The notes under the pieces were generated by a model. It did not search any database, had not been told where the DNA came from, and saw only the letters and a list, made by a program, of their open reading frames with translations. A stretch of 63,859 bases of DNA, counting the filler, from Folioceros fuciformis (lineage: Eukaryota), in NCBI GenBank assembly GCA_049999805.1. It is 3 parts of 2 records of this genome, joined end to end, with 100 filler letters (N's around TTAATTAATTAA, not from the genome) between each part and the next. Parts side by side here need not be neighbours in the genome. Positions count along the whole stretch, not along the records: positions 1 to 28,891 come from JBNGIO010005969.1; 2 more parts are not named here. The stretch is one strand, 5' to 3'. The position numbers and the translations under genes are program-made. This document shows, in pieces, positions 13,730-25,294 of this stretch; the stretch's first letter is position 1, and every line of letters starts with the position of its first letter.

Positions 13730-14280
13730 AGTTCAAGTGTCATTCAGCCCCAACATATGTCATATCCCCACAAGTGATACACACCACTAGAATCAGCTGG
13801 TTTAGTTGTTTAAGCCTATGTTTTCATTTTTTAGTTTCAATGAATGATGGCTTCTCAAACAGTGCCGGAAGTTCAGCCTTCCAAGTAGTTTGCTAAAGTT
13901 TCTACACATCTTTAAGTGTCATTCAGTCCCCAACTTCGACTTCACTTTACAATTACTACACGCCATTACAATCAGCTTGCAGAGCTCTACAAGCTTGTGT
14001 TTTAAATGTTTTATTCCAACAAAAAATGGCTTCTCAAACAGTGCCGAAAGTTCAGCCTTCCAAGTCATTTGCTAAATTTTCCACACATTTTCAAGTACCA
14101 TTTAGTCCCCAACTACGAATTGACTTCACAAGTGCTATACACCACTAGAATCAACTTTCCACACTCTACAAACTTGCACTTTGAGATATCCATTCCAATG
14201 AACAATGGCTTCTCAAAAAATGCCGAAAGTTCAGCCTTCCACGTAATTTGCTAAATTTTCCACATATCTTCAAGTACATT
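13730..14280. repeat. Three diverged ~179-bp tandem units abutting the transposase 3' end
   Basis: AGTGCCG(G/A)AAGTTCAGCCTTCCA-like motif at 13861, 14040 and 14219. Confidence 0.8.
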
Positions 14281-14289
14281 GAGGTTCTT

Positions 14290-15200
14290 CAATATTCTCC
14301 AACTATTCTTCAATAAGGAGAAAGTACTCTATGACAACTTGCCCAAAAGAAAACCACGAGTTGGATGCTCTTTGCCCTACATTCACAAGCATTTTGAAGC
14401 CTTTCATAAGAAAAGGTCTTAAAGATACGTAAAGTCACTAATGACGTAAGGTGGTATTGGAACTCCCTACACTTCAATGATCGTCCTGCAAATATCCGTC
14501 TTGTGATAAGGCTTTGCCATAAGCTACTATTCCTAAGAATACCAACGTCGTCGTTTGAACCTCCTAGACTATTTGCATATATATCTATGAACATCTTTTG
14601 GTTGTCACATATTCCTTGCACAACCATGTAATGCACATGGTATCGTTTGCAGTGATAGACTGCTAGAGTGTATTGCTTAGCTGGTTTGGTGGCAAACTTG
14701 ATAATAGATCCATCTATAGCACCATCAATATTAGGCAATAAGATCCACTATTCAAATCCTTTTGATATGTTAACTTGTTGATGAACTGACGGAATGGTAA
14801 TAAATGAAGAATATAGCTTGGTAGGGTCACTTAAGATATAGAAACAATAAGCTTAGTATATTGAACAATTGTTGCATCACCAACACCATATCTCGAAGCA
14901 ACATTAAGCAAAGGAAGGCCTTGCCCAATCCTATACAACACCAAGCCAATAGCTTTATCACATGGTATTGGTGTTCTATGTAAGGTTTGTATTAGGAAAG
15001 GCTGTAGTTTTTGAACAAAAACCATGAAAGCTGGATATGAAATTTAGTATTCTCTCCGCCAATGTTCATCTCTTCTTTTAGAAGCTTCCAAGTGCCAAGT
15101 TTGTATGTGTAGCTCTTCCTAAAGCTATGTAGAGGATGGAGCCTTCCACCAAATACGACTTCTATGCATTTTGCAAGTCTCCACAAGAGCACCACTTGGA
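14290..15200 (-). mobile_element. PIF/Harbinger transposase pseudogene (DDE_Tnp_4-like)
   Basis: HTH-like IPCDKAIGLVLYRIGQG..VASRYGVGDATI, then PNIDGAIDGSII, VVQGICDNQKMFIDI and GGSNDDVGILRNSSL. Multiple frameshifts. Confidence 0.88.
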
Positions 15201-15719
15201 GCTACCAAAAGTAGTGTGAATAAGACATGCATCACACTGTCATCGAAGAATCATATATAGTGTACATCATCTTCTAAATACAAAGAATGTGAATACGACC
15301 TCTGAAGCATATAGTACAACGTTGAATCCATAACTAAAAATAATAAAATTAATAAAAAAAAGCAAAGAAAAAAAAGGCTATCGAGTGCAACTCGATCCAT
15401 GTCCCCTCTATCCGTGTGTTGCGAGACAAGATAGGAATGAAGAGACAAGATAGGAATGAAGAATAGGATTGAGTAAAAGGGTGAAGGAAAGAGGGCAAAC
15501 TCGGGATTATGAAGAACAAGTTCATCATAACTATAACTCGATTCCCGCACATAATAACTATGGCATGTCAAAGGGAACACGTTGTCTCTCTAGGTTTTTT
15601 TTACAAATAGAGGCTATACGCGTGCCCTTTAGGGCGTACGCGAGTTTTTGGGTCCAAATAGGACATTTGTGCACATTGAAAGCAAACCTTTGGGTGCCCA
15701 TGCTTGCCTTTTGGCAAAC

Positions 15720-15905
15720 GGGGTTACTTGGTGGTGTTTAGGCTTTTTGCCTTGAGGCTGCCCAGCATCTAGCCCGTTTGGGGCTGGAACCTGCTTCTAC
15801 ATCATTCTGATTATTGAGCCATGTCCATAGTTACTGGGCGGTGTTTAGACTTTCTGCCTTCAGGCTGCCCAGCATCCAGCCCCAAACGGGCTGGCACCTA
15901 CTTGG
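15720..15905. repeat. Pair of ~70-bp direct repeats containing a CCAGCCC..GGGCTGG-type hairpin, possibly a Harbinger subterminal region
   Basis: GGTGTTTAG..TGCCTT(G/C)AGGCTGCCCAGCATC(T/C)AGCCC at ~15733 and ~15840. Confidence 0.65.
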
Positions 15906-16299
15906 ACATCGTTTTGATTGTTGAGTCATTTGGTAGGTTTGCCGTGGGAAATGAGAAACCTGGGCGTCGAAGAGAATATTCGCGAAGAAGCCATAAACGG
16001 CACATAATATACTTGCCGGCACGTAATATACTTGCTTTTTCAGGATGCCCGCGCACGGTGCGCGACACTCCGAGCCGTGCCCGATATACGCGGGCTGCCG
16101 CTGATGCATTGTAAGTAGGCCCTCAGGGAATCGATGGTTAGCTTCAGGGTTTGGAATTTCTCCTCCTCATTGCATTCGAGTAGACAACGAGGATGTCGCT
16201 GCAGGCCGGTATCTTAGGCAGGAAAAGAGTCATCGTGAATAGGTTGTCCGTGTGGCAGATGTGAGGGATTTCGATCACAAATCTGTTTCCAGAGAAGCG

Positions 16300-16806
16300 C
16301 ACTTGAAATGCTGATGCTGGTGTCCCAAAGCCGGGTCGAGCACTCAACAATGTGCATCTTCTCCGGGGATTGCTCAACCTGCACGTTCTCCACCCACGGG
16401 AGGTTGGTGCTGTCATCCGGGATGCGGGTAAGCCAGAGCGATGATGCCGGGCGTCGGGTCCTGTTCTTCTCCTTGAGCGGGACCAGGAACCTGCCTCCAC
16501 ACTAGGCTTGGAGCCGCTTCATCAGATCCAGCGGCACGCCGTGGTCCACCACGTTCAAGAAGCCCCAATCCGTGCTGCTTCTAGCACCTGCAGCCGCAAG
16601 CTGGGCCTAGAATCGCGTTCAGCATCGCTCTTCTGGAACTCGGAGAAAGTGATGGTCAGTCTGTCAATAGCATCGCCCTTGAAATCGTTGCATGCAAGGG
16701 AGGCCAATCCGTCGGGCCTGAAGAGCTGAGTCCTTCACTTGATTTCTCGAAAAAAGTACATATGGAGAAAGGCGTTCCGTTATCAGCCAATGGTGCCGCC
16801 ATCCAT
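16300..16806 (-). pseudogene. 2-oxoglutarate/Fe(II) dioxygenase pseudogene (DIOX_N portion only)
   Basis: Reverse strand reads QVLEAA(frameshift)DWGFLNVVDHGVPLDLMKRLQA*CGGRFLVPLKEK..NLPWVEN. No downstream HxD/H exons were recognised. Confidence 0.8.
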
Positions 16807-17447
16807 GAACCTCTCTTCGGATCATTCTGCCTTGAACGTTTTATGCTTTGTCAGACACATCCACTAATTAGCTGGCCGATCCCAGGATACTCTCGTAATC
16901 CACCCACAGCACGAAGGGCTTTAGTGCTGATGCCTTTCCTGCCTCGGTACATACAGTACATACCTACACCAGCAGACTACACAATTCTCTGGGATTCCTG
17001 ATTCTGTCTTATCCCTGAATGCGAAAGCACAGCTTACGGCACAGCTCAAGCCACCTCATTACTGGCACCTCGGAACCTGGTGGTTTACCTCTTGGGGATG
17101 CGATTACAGAAAAACCAATCCGGTTGAAATATCGATGCACATTGATCCACAGTTGCTCGGACACATTGACGTGAACTCCGAAACGAACTTGATCCAGCAC
17201 TTCCATCGGTTATGGTGTTTAAGGTTCTGACCTAGGACTTCAAGAAACAACTGCAAAAGTGAGAGCTGTTCCCCGGCGGAATTTAAATGGATGGAGCATT
17301 TTTTTTTCTTGTTTGTGTCCGAGACACAACCCAAGAGGGAGTTCTATCTGCCTACGAAATTGAGTACAGGCTGGGAAGCGATTGCCTTCCTGGCTCCTTG
17401 CACACAGCTTGAACGATGGGCGGCTCATCCAGGCAGCACACCCGTAC

Positions 17448-18539
17448 TCAGGCAGCACATCGTCTTCGGAAAAGCAAGTGGGAAACCATCCACTCCTGTC
17501 CATCGTTATAGCCGAACAGTTCAGCAACTGCCATAAAGAATGTCCGCCAGTAAGCTACCCACTTCTTGACGTTGGCCTTTCCGTAGGCCTCAGCGAATAT
17601 AGACTCCACAACCCTCGAGTTCTGGTCCATTCTCTTGAGCCACTCCTCGCTTGTCCTAGCATAGTGTTTGCCATTCACCCGCCAGTGGTTCACCACCGAC
17701 ACATCATCCTGGAAGTAGAGCAGCAGTCCATCGGCAGGCATGGTTCCGCCGGTGAAGAAGTTCCGTGCCATCCAGTCATCCTCTCCCCCATCCTCAAAAT
17801 GGTAGGCAAACAGCTTATGTGAGAAAATGTGCACGAACAGCAACCCGTCAGGCTTCATCCAAGAGGCAACGTTCCGCAACAGCTTCTGATAGTTCTTCAT
17901 GTGCTCGAACATCTCGATGGACAGCACGCGGTCGAAAGTTTCCCGTGCATCGAAGGAGTTGATGTCGCAGCAGAGGACGGTCACGTTGTCCAGCCCCCGT
18001 GCCCGACACTGGTCCTGAATGAAAGCCTGTTGGGTTCTGGAGTTGGAAACCCCCGTCACCCGGCTGTTAGGGTACCTGTCTGCGATGAAGAGCGTGAGAG
18101 ATCCCCAGCCACAGCCCAGGTCCAACACGGATTGCCCATCCTCCAGCTGCGCCCGCTGGCAGTAGATTTGCAGCATGGCCTCTTCGGCTTCGTCCAGGGT
18201 GGAGTGCTTGCTGGGGAAGAAGGCGGAGCTGTACTTCAAATGCTTGCCCAGAACAAGTTGATAAAATTCCGTGGGCACTTCGTAATGCTGCGAGTTGGCG
18301 TCCACCGTGTGGATTGCGATGGGCATCTGCTTCAGCGACTCCACGAAGCTCATGAGCTGTTGCAGCTGCTCTTCCGCCGAGGGCTTGTAGCACACGCTGA
18401 GGCGCGTGGCTAGCAGAAATCTGGAAGCTCTCCGAAGTACAAAATCTGGCAAAACATTAGCTTCCAGGGCCTGCAGCCCCATCCTCACTGCCAGGTTGTA
18501 GGCCGAAGTGGCCGACATGGACAACATGCTTGCCGCCAT
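17448..18539 (-). CDS. SAM-dependent methyltransferase, coclaurine N-methyltransferase-like / CFA-synthase family, intronless
   Basis: Single ~363-aa ORF (ATG 18539) with ANSQHYEVPTEFY, LKYSSAFF, VLDLGCGWG, FDRVLSIEMFEHMKNY, WMARNFFTGGTMP and ELFGYNDGQEWMVSH. Confidence 0.93.
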   Translation of the reverse strand: MAASMLSMSATSAYNLAVRMGLQALEANVLPDFVLRRASRFLLATRLSVCYKPSAEEQLQQLMSFVESLKQMPIAIHTVDANSQHYEVPTEFYQLVLGKHLKYSSAFFPSKHSTLDEAEEAMLQIYCQRAQLEDGQSVLDLGCGWGSLTLFIADRYPNSRVTGVSNSRTQQAFIQDQCRARGLDNVTVLCCDINSFDARETFDRVLSIEMFEHMKNYQKLLRNVASWMKPDGLLFVHIFSHKLFAYHFEDGGEDDWMARNFFTGGTMPADGLLLYFQDDVSVVNHWRVNGKHYARTSEEWLKRMDQNSRVVESIFAEAYGKANVKKWVAYWRTFFMAVAELFGYNDGQEWMVSHLLFRRRCAA

Positions 18540-19254
18540 GGCCACCTTGACCTAGAAATGTAGTAAACAATAAGGTAACTGCCGTCGCACAACTTTGAAG
18601 AACCTGGCCCTTCTTAGAGCACCCCTCGTTGAAAGGTCTCGTCACCGCCTCGAAGTTCTACCAGACCTACAACCCAGTGTCTTCTCTTTCTGAACTCACT
18701 AGTGTTACTTGGGAACACCCCTTCATTGGACTCAGCTACGGCTTGCATCTCTCCACAGCCATGGTGGGCACGAATGACATACCCAAGCCACTGAACATGC
18801 AACTCACCACAGCAACCGTGACAAACCCGAGCCAATGACCGTGCAACTCTCCTTAGCCGCGGAGGACATGAATGACCATAAAACTCAATTTTTTTCTACC
18901 TCATCAATTTGATGACACATGGGATGTATAGGCTTAGTCATGTTTTGAAAATTGAAACACAAAAATATTCTACCCACAAATTGGTGTGGATAACAAAGTT
19001 AGCTTCACAACAAACACATCTTGTAAAACTCACAAAGCATTGCAACATGGAGTTAGATTTGTCTTATTGTTGAGTTCTTGGTTAATAAAACAATATGGCA
19101 TGGCATTTTATAGTCCCTTGCATACATATATATGATATAAAACTTTACAAATAATGAGGGAGGCTCACCCATGTACTTTTTTTCTTACTTTCACTAGCAT
19201 TGTTATAAAGTTTTTTATAAGGTGTCCTATGCTTAACTTAGTTGCAAGAAGGTC

Positions 19255-19410
19255 TTGGTTGGATTAGGTTGTTGGGATCAAACATGTAGGCTCTTGGATT
19301 AGGCAATTGGGATCGAACATGTAGGCTNNNNNNNNNNCTTGGATTAAGCTGTTGGGATTGAACATGTAGGCTCTTGGATTAGGCTGTTGCGATCAAACAT
19401 GTAGGCTCTA
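19255..19410. repeat. ~35-bp minisatellite
   Basis: TTGGATTAGGCTGTTGGGATCAAACATGTAGGCTC-like units, with an internal 10-N gap. Confidence 0.8.
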
Positions 19411-19569
19411 ATACCGTTTAAGAACATGATGCCATTTGGTTAGGAAAGAAATTGATTGTTTGCTGGATAGGACTTGGGTACGAGATGTTTTATAGTCTTT
19501 TCTCAATACAACTTTGTGAGTAGGCAAGACAACTGCATTTGTGTAGACTCAATAACATATTGAGGCAGC

Positions 19570-19762
19570 AACTAACTTCATTCATCTAGACTCAAAAGTA
19601 GCTTGAGGTGGCAGCTATTGTCCATAGCAACTTCATTTGTCTAGACTCAAAAGTAGCTTGAGGTGGCAGCTACCATCCATAGCAACTTCATTTGTCTAGA
19701 CTCAAAAGTAGCTTGAGGTGGCAGCTACCATCCATAGCAACTTCATTTGTCTAGACTCAAAA
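19570..19762. repeat. 55-bp tandem repeat (~3.5 copies)
   Basis: CTAGACTCAAAA at 19586, 19641, 19696 and 19751. Confidence 0.9.
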
Positions 19763-20394
19763 ATCTTTGTATATCATGGAATAGTTTTCTTGCTCTTCCG
19801 GTGCACATCCAAAAGCTTGACTAAAATAACAACATAATCTTTTTATATGCGTCAATATAAATCTTTTTTAGTTTGGATACTCTTCTATCCACCTCTTCCA
19901 ATGCACATTAAAGAACAGAATAGAATACCTGCGCAGCCGGTGGAGTGTGTGCTTCACATATAAGTACATACTATCCTTATACTACATGCCAGTCCAGTCC
20001 ATCGTCTCTCTCTCTACACACACTCTCTCTCTGTGTTGGAGAACAGGAGATATTGGTCGCTGCACAAAATATCCAAGGAAGCGGGAAGAAAAATCTGGGA
20101 GAAAAATATGCTTTGTGTTGGCGAGGTAGGACCCAAGAGCCCCTCTTTAGAGGAGAGCGTTACACATTGGCGACTACAACATTTTCCTTCAACTTATCAA
20201 ATAAAAAGCGCACGCTCCCAGTGGTGGACGGGAATGAAAGCTGCCAAGTTTGGATTGCTCCTGACACACAGCAGAAGCAGAGAAGCCCGGTAGGGAGATG
20301 TGGGGCATTGGTAAGGCCCACGTGGTACCCCACGGCCCGTAACTTGCGCAACAAGTTTAGGGCTGGGCTGTGACCTCCGGCCATGTCATCCCGA

Positions 20395-21010
20395 CACATA
20401 CATACATACATACATACATACATACATACATGCTTATGTACATACATATTCCATTCTTTCATTCTTTCCCGTGTATGGCTGCACGTAGCTGTCACCCACG
20501 TTCCTTGACTCGGTCGTGGATGGACCTTGGAATCGCCCTGCCCTGCCCTGCCCTGCCCTGGGCAGCAGCAGGAGGAGTCGCATTCGCATTCGAAATAGCA
20601 CGAGGCTAAAGCAGTACCCGAGCTCCAGCCACGCTTGCGCGAAAAAATCTGGCTTGACCAAGTCGTCGAGACAGAGAAGCATGGAGCCTGATTCATGGGC
20701 CGGGCATCTGAGATCGCCATGGACTGGAATTAGAGTACTGTCTGTATGGAGGGAGTGTAATTTCTGTTGTGCTTTGTCGTTTCAAAAAACGACAAGCTCG
20801 TCAAAAGCCTTCCCAGCCGCGAAAGTTCCTTGTGGTCCAATCGTTACAGGATGGTTTGAGGATTTTGTGGTGCACAGGGAGGGAGCAGACTCCGCAGAGT
20901 CGAATCCACGATGGCCGTCCAATCTGGGCTGCTGTGCCGCCCAATAGGAATCACCGACTCCGGCTACTCCCCCTCCGTTCTGTTCTCTTCTGTTCTGTTC
21001 TGTTCTCTTC
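20395..21010. repeat. Cluster of microsatellites (TACA)n, (GCCCT)n and (TTCTG)n upstream of the UMAMIT gene
   Basis: (CATA)n at 20397-20430, (GCCCT)5 at 20535-20560, (TTCTG)-type run at 20978-21008. Confidence 0.8.
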
Positions 21011-21873
21011 CTCCTCCTCTCGCCGGCGTCGTGTGTGGTTCTCGATCCTGGCAGCAGGCCAGTTAAACACAGTCACCGTGACAGACGTGCGGCCGTGGAG
21101 GCTGTCGGGCGCTTGAACAGGATTAAATTTTAAACACGGTAACCGGAAGCCAGTATCCGGTATCCGGTAGCAGGCAAGGCTAAGTCTAACAGGCAGGAAG
21201 GGGTTACTGGACTGCTGATGATGAACTGGACTGTGTGCGCCGGCCAGCAGTCGCCCAGTTCCCCGGTCCGATGCGCTTGGGTCGTCGCTGCACTGTATGC
21301 GCCCGTGGATGTGAGAGGCAAGGAAGCTCCAGGTGTCCTTCGCGACGAAGCTTGTTGAAATGCCTCCCACTGTGGCCTTGTGGTGCACATTGCGAGACGA
21401 GGCCATCGCCATCGACGCCAACCGAGAGCCCGAGTCCGAGCCCGTGCTCGCGCCCTCGTCCCTGTCCGCGCCCGTGCCCGTGCCGAGGGTCCGCCTGGTC
21501 CCTGCCTTGCCCGTCGATCTTCGCCCCCGCCTCGCCCCGCACGGCCACGGATCCAGATCCGCCTCCGTCGCCCTCTCCGTCTCCGCCTCCGCCTCGGCTC
21601 GGGACCAGGAGGAGGGTCTGGACAGGCTCGGTTCTCCCGCTCCCCGCACCATCACCCGCCCCCGCTGGCGTTTACCCTGGAGTCAGCCTCGGATCGCGGC
21701 TCCCTACCGTCCCGCGGAGCTCGCGTTGTAGCAATCGTGTGTGGAGGATGAGGTAGCGCTGTGCTGGCACGGCTCCTCTTTGGCCGGGTCCCAGGTTGTG
21801 AGGTGTCGTCTCCTGTGGGATTTCTGTGAGAAATAAGACTTGTGTGTGTGTGAGTCCCGCGGGCCTGACCGCC

Positions 21874-23880
21874 ATGGACAAGACACCGCTTTGGAAGGTG
21901 CACTTGGCGCAAGTCATCGTGCAGTTTGGAGGGGCTGGGTACTATGTCCTGGCCAAATCCGCGCTCACCAACGGGGTGAACAGCAACGTGTTTCCCGTCT
22001 ACCAAAAGCTCATTTCCACTTGCGTGCTCACCTTCTTCGCCTTCTTCACCAGGAAGTAAAAGCCTTACGTTTGTGCGTTTGAATGCCTTGCGCTTGTGCG
22101 GCGCGGGACATGGTGGATTCATGACTTATTGTTCTCTGCTGTGCAGAATGGCGGGAGGGAAGAGACTGACTTTGCATACATTTTTCCTCATTTTTTTGGC
22201 GGCCCTGAGCGGGTTAGTGCACTGGGGGCGGGGGTTTAGGGAAAGGNNNNNNNNNNNNNNNNNNNNNNNNNNNNNNNNNNNNNNNNNNNNNNNNNNNNNN
22301 NNNNNNNNNNNNNNNNNNNNNNNNNNNNNNNNNNNNNNNNNNNNNNATAGGATGGTGGGGTGGCCTGGACCGTGAGATTTTTGCTCCCTTGACTTGGCTG
22401 CTCTTCTCATGCTGCTACCCCTGTTTCTGCAGGGTATATGTGGCCCAGATTGCCTTCCTGGAAGGTCTTTCCCGCACGTCAGGATCATTTGCTGCGGCGA
22501 TGCAAAATGCCGTGCCCGTTTTTGCATTTTTGATCGCCGTCGTCTGCAGGTATGAGAGACTGTTCTGTAGTGATGGAAATCTGTTTAGTTTGTTTCGCGG
22601 GGGGTGCTCAGCTTTCTGTAGCTCTGAACGTCTGTAGGCTTGAAGAAGTGCATTGGACAAGACGTGATGGACAGGCCAAGTGCTTAGGTGTCTTGTTATC
22701 TGTGACGGGTGCCCTCTTCATGTCTTTCTATCAAGGGCCCGTGGTCATCGGGTCTATCAAAGTTGTGGAGATGGAGGCGGCTGCGGCCAATGACGCTGTC
22801 GCTACGTACTCTGGAAAGCTGCTCCGACTGGGTGCCGAAATGTGGGGCTTGACTTCTTGGCAAATTGGGTCTGTGTGCATCCTCATCTACGATTTGTGTG
22901 CAGCCATCTTCATAAACCTGCAGGTACAGACACCTGCTTGGCCCCTTGCGATTCGGATTTTGTGCGTGTGGAATGGCCTTTTGTCTTCTCACTTACCCCC
23001 CACTACAATCTGCCTTTGCAGGCTGCCATTGTCGCTCGGTACCCTTCACCTGTGTCTGTCGTCGCCATGGTTACTGGCTTGGGAGTCATGATGCTAGGCA
23101 TCTCTGGGCTCTTTACCGTTCGCAACCCTGCCGATTGGATTGTATCCAAGCCAGGGGATATCATTTCCCTTTTCTACTGTGTAAGTGTGGGAGCCCCTCG
23201 TCTGGGGTTCTCGTGGACTAGCCCTCGTTTCCCTCTCAGTAACCGGACAAGCACAGCATTGGAGGTTCTGACGAAATTCTCGGTTTGGTCTCTCAGGGTG
23301 CCTTGACGTCTGCGTTGGGATTCGCTTTGTCCACATGGTGTGTTCAACGTGGAGGCCCGTTTCTGGCTACAGCCTACATTCCGTCTCAAGCTGTGTTTTC
23401 GGGTGTNNNNNNNNNNNNNNNNNNNNNNNNNNNNNNNNNNNNNNNNNNNNNNNNNNNNNNNNNNNNNNNNNNNNNNNNNNNNNNNNNNNNNNNNNNNNNN
23501 NNNNNNGTGTTCGGGCTCATCTTCTTGGGAGAAGTTATTTACTTGGGCAGGTTTGTTCGACCATTCTCTGCGCTAGTCCATCATAATCCCATGCGGTGGT
23601 CGTGAGTTTCCATGGATTCTACGAGGTCCCCAAGACTTACCTTTTTTTTTTTGGTGCTGGCTTTTGTAGTATCCTGGGTGCGTGTTTCATCCTTATGGGT
23701 CTGTTCGCTGTAACATGGGGGCAACACCGTCAAAGGCAACTTGCTTGCTTAGCTGCACCAGTGAGCACGGTTGCAAGCACAGATGATCCGACGATACTGC
23801 ATGTGAAAGGGGAAGACAACTTACGAAAGCCACTGCTAAGGTATAGTCTGCATCTCGCAGGACAAGACCGTTTGTCTTGA
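21874..23880 (+). CDS. UMAMIT / WAT1-related EamA (MtN21) transporter, multi-exon
   Basis: Spliced translation MDKTPLWKVHLAQVIVQ..ALTNGVNSNVFPVYQ, GLSRTSGSFAAAMQNAVPVFAF, RLEEVHWTRRDGQAK, INLQ|AAIVARYPSP, WCVQRGGPFLATAYIP and IYLG|SILGACFILMGLFAVTWG. Two N gaps fall inside the gene. Confidence 0.9.
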
Positions 23881-25294
23881 GCCGTGTCATTAGCCATGTT
23901 GGACATCTTCGTTCAGTATTCACTTCTCGTGGGCCAAGTGATTTATTCCTTCGTACTCGTCTGATGCATCGTTCTGTCCTTCCCTGTGCAGTTAGTGAGC
24001 ATCGTGACGGGTTTTCACACCCCCTGATCCCATTATAACTGAACATACTGTCAAATCCAACCTCCGTCTATGAAGTGTCAAGCGGCAAGCTCCCAAGTTA
24101 ACAAGTGGGTGTATGAAGATTCTAGTGAGCTGGTGTGGCCTTTCCTGTGACTGCCGCCTCGCAGGACGACTTGCCCAAATGCTTCAACTTGTCGCAGACA
24201 TTCTCAGGTTGCAGTTGACTGATCCGCTTCGCTGCAAACCTTCGCGCAAGCAGAGAATGACCTGTTTGTAATCTACCGTCGCTTTCTTGCTAAGCAGCTG
24301 CAACGGACCTGCCGAAGTATCATTTCACCACAAATACTTTGGGCCTTCATGTATTGTATACCCTCCTCTAAGTATCAACACCCGTGACACGAAGCTTTTT
24401 TCACGGGCAACACTTGTTTTGCTCCTACTCTCCAAGCCTCCACATGCTTTCGAAAGACCTTTCTCCTGTCACCAACCGAAAAACCAGTCACGATGTCTCT
24501 CTCTTGTGGTAGTGGAATCCCCTTTCCTGTTTCTCACCACGTACTGGATCCTTTCCTCCTGGTCCACCACGAATCAGGTCACCTTGTCCATGCGCAGTGC
24601 TAGACCCCTGAAGGCGATGGCAGAACTGACGATGACGTGGCCGCCTACACTACACTATTACCAGGGAGAAGGGTAGACTCTACCTAGCCCATATTGCAGG
24701 TCATGTGAAGCCTACGCGGGAACAAAAGGCAACCGTGACCTTCGTCACGACACAGCGTAACAACTGGGCAGCATGAACCCAGTGCCTGACAGGCAACATA
24801 TCGGGTGTATGTGTGCAAATATCTCTGAAGATGCCGGTACACCCACGAAGAGCGAACATGTCATAGTGTCGTGTGCAGGCCTTGGCGCTTTCTACGACGC
24901 ATCACGTCCCTCGTCTCGTCTCGTCTCGTCTCCAAGCAAAAGTATGCGCACCAATATCTGCATCAGATGCCGTTACTTTCATTTGAGCGTGGCGTAGCGC
25001 CATATCCCGTGAACTCGATGTTCTGTTTGTGTAAGTACGCGGCCGTGAATTCCACGGCCAGGCGTCTGGGTCACGGGCTAACCGGCTGGCTGCTTTCCAG
25101 TACCGCCCGCCTTTGACTACCGATGTTGCCTCCCCATGTGTACCGAAGTTGCCTCTCCATGTGCACGTCTACCTTTTGGGGAAGACCTGCACATTTGAAC
25201 AAATTGTACAATTATATCATACCAGATATTCATATTATTTATAAACTGTAAATTATGTCAACCCAGGATTGAAGCAGCATATCACATAGCCAAG

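Noticed and set aside
17829-18413. Long antisense ORFs over the methyltransferase (also 43700-44563, 42956-43690, 27342-27974, 30101-30664)
   Set aside because: Shadow ORFs of GC-rich coding strands with no independent motifs.
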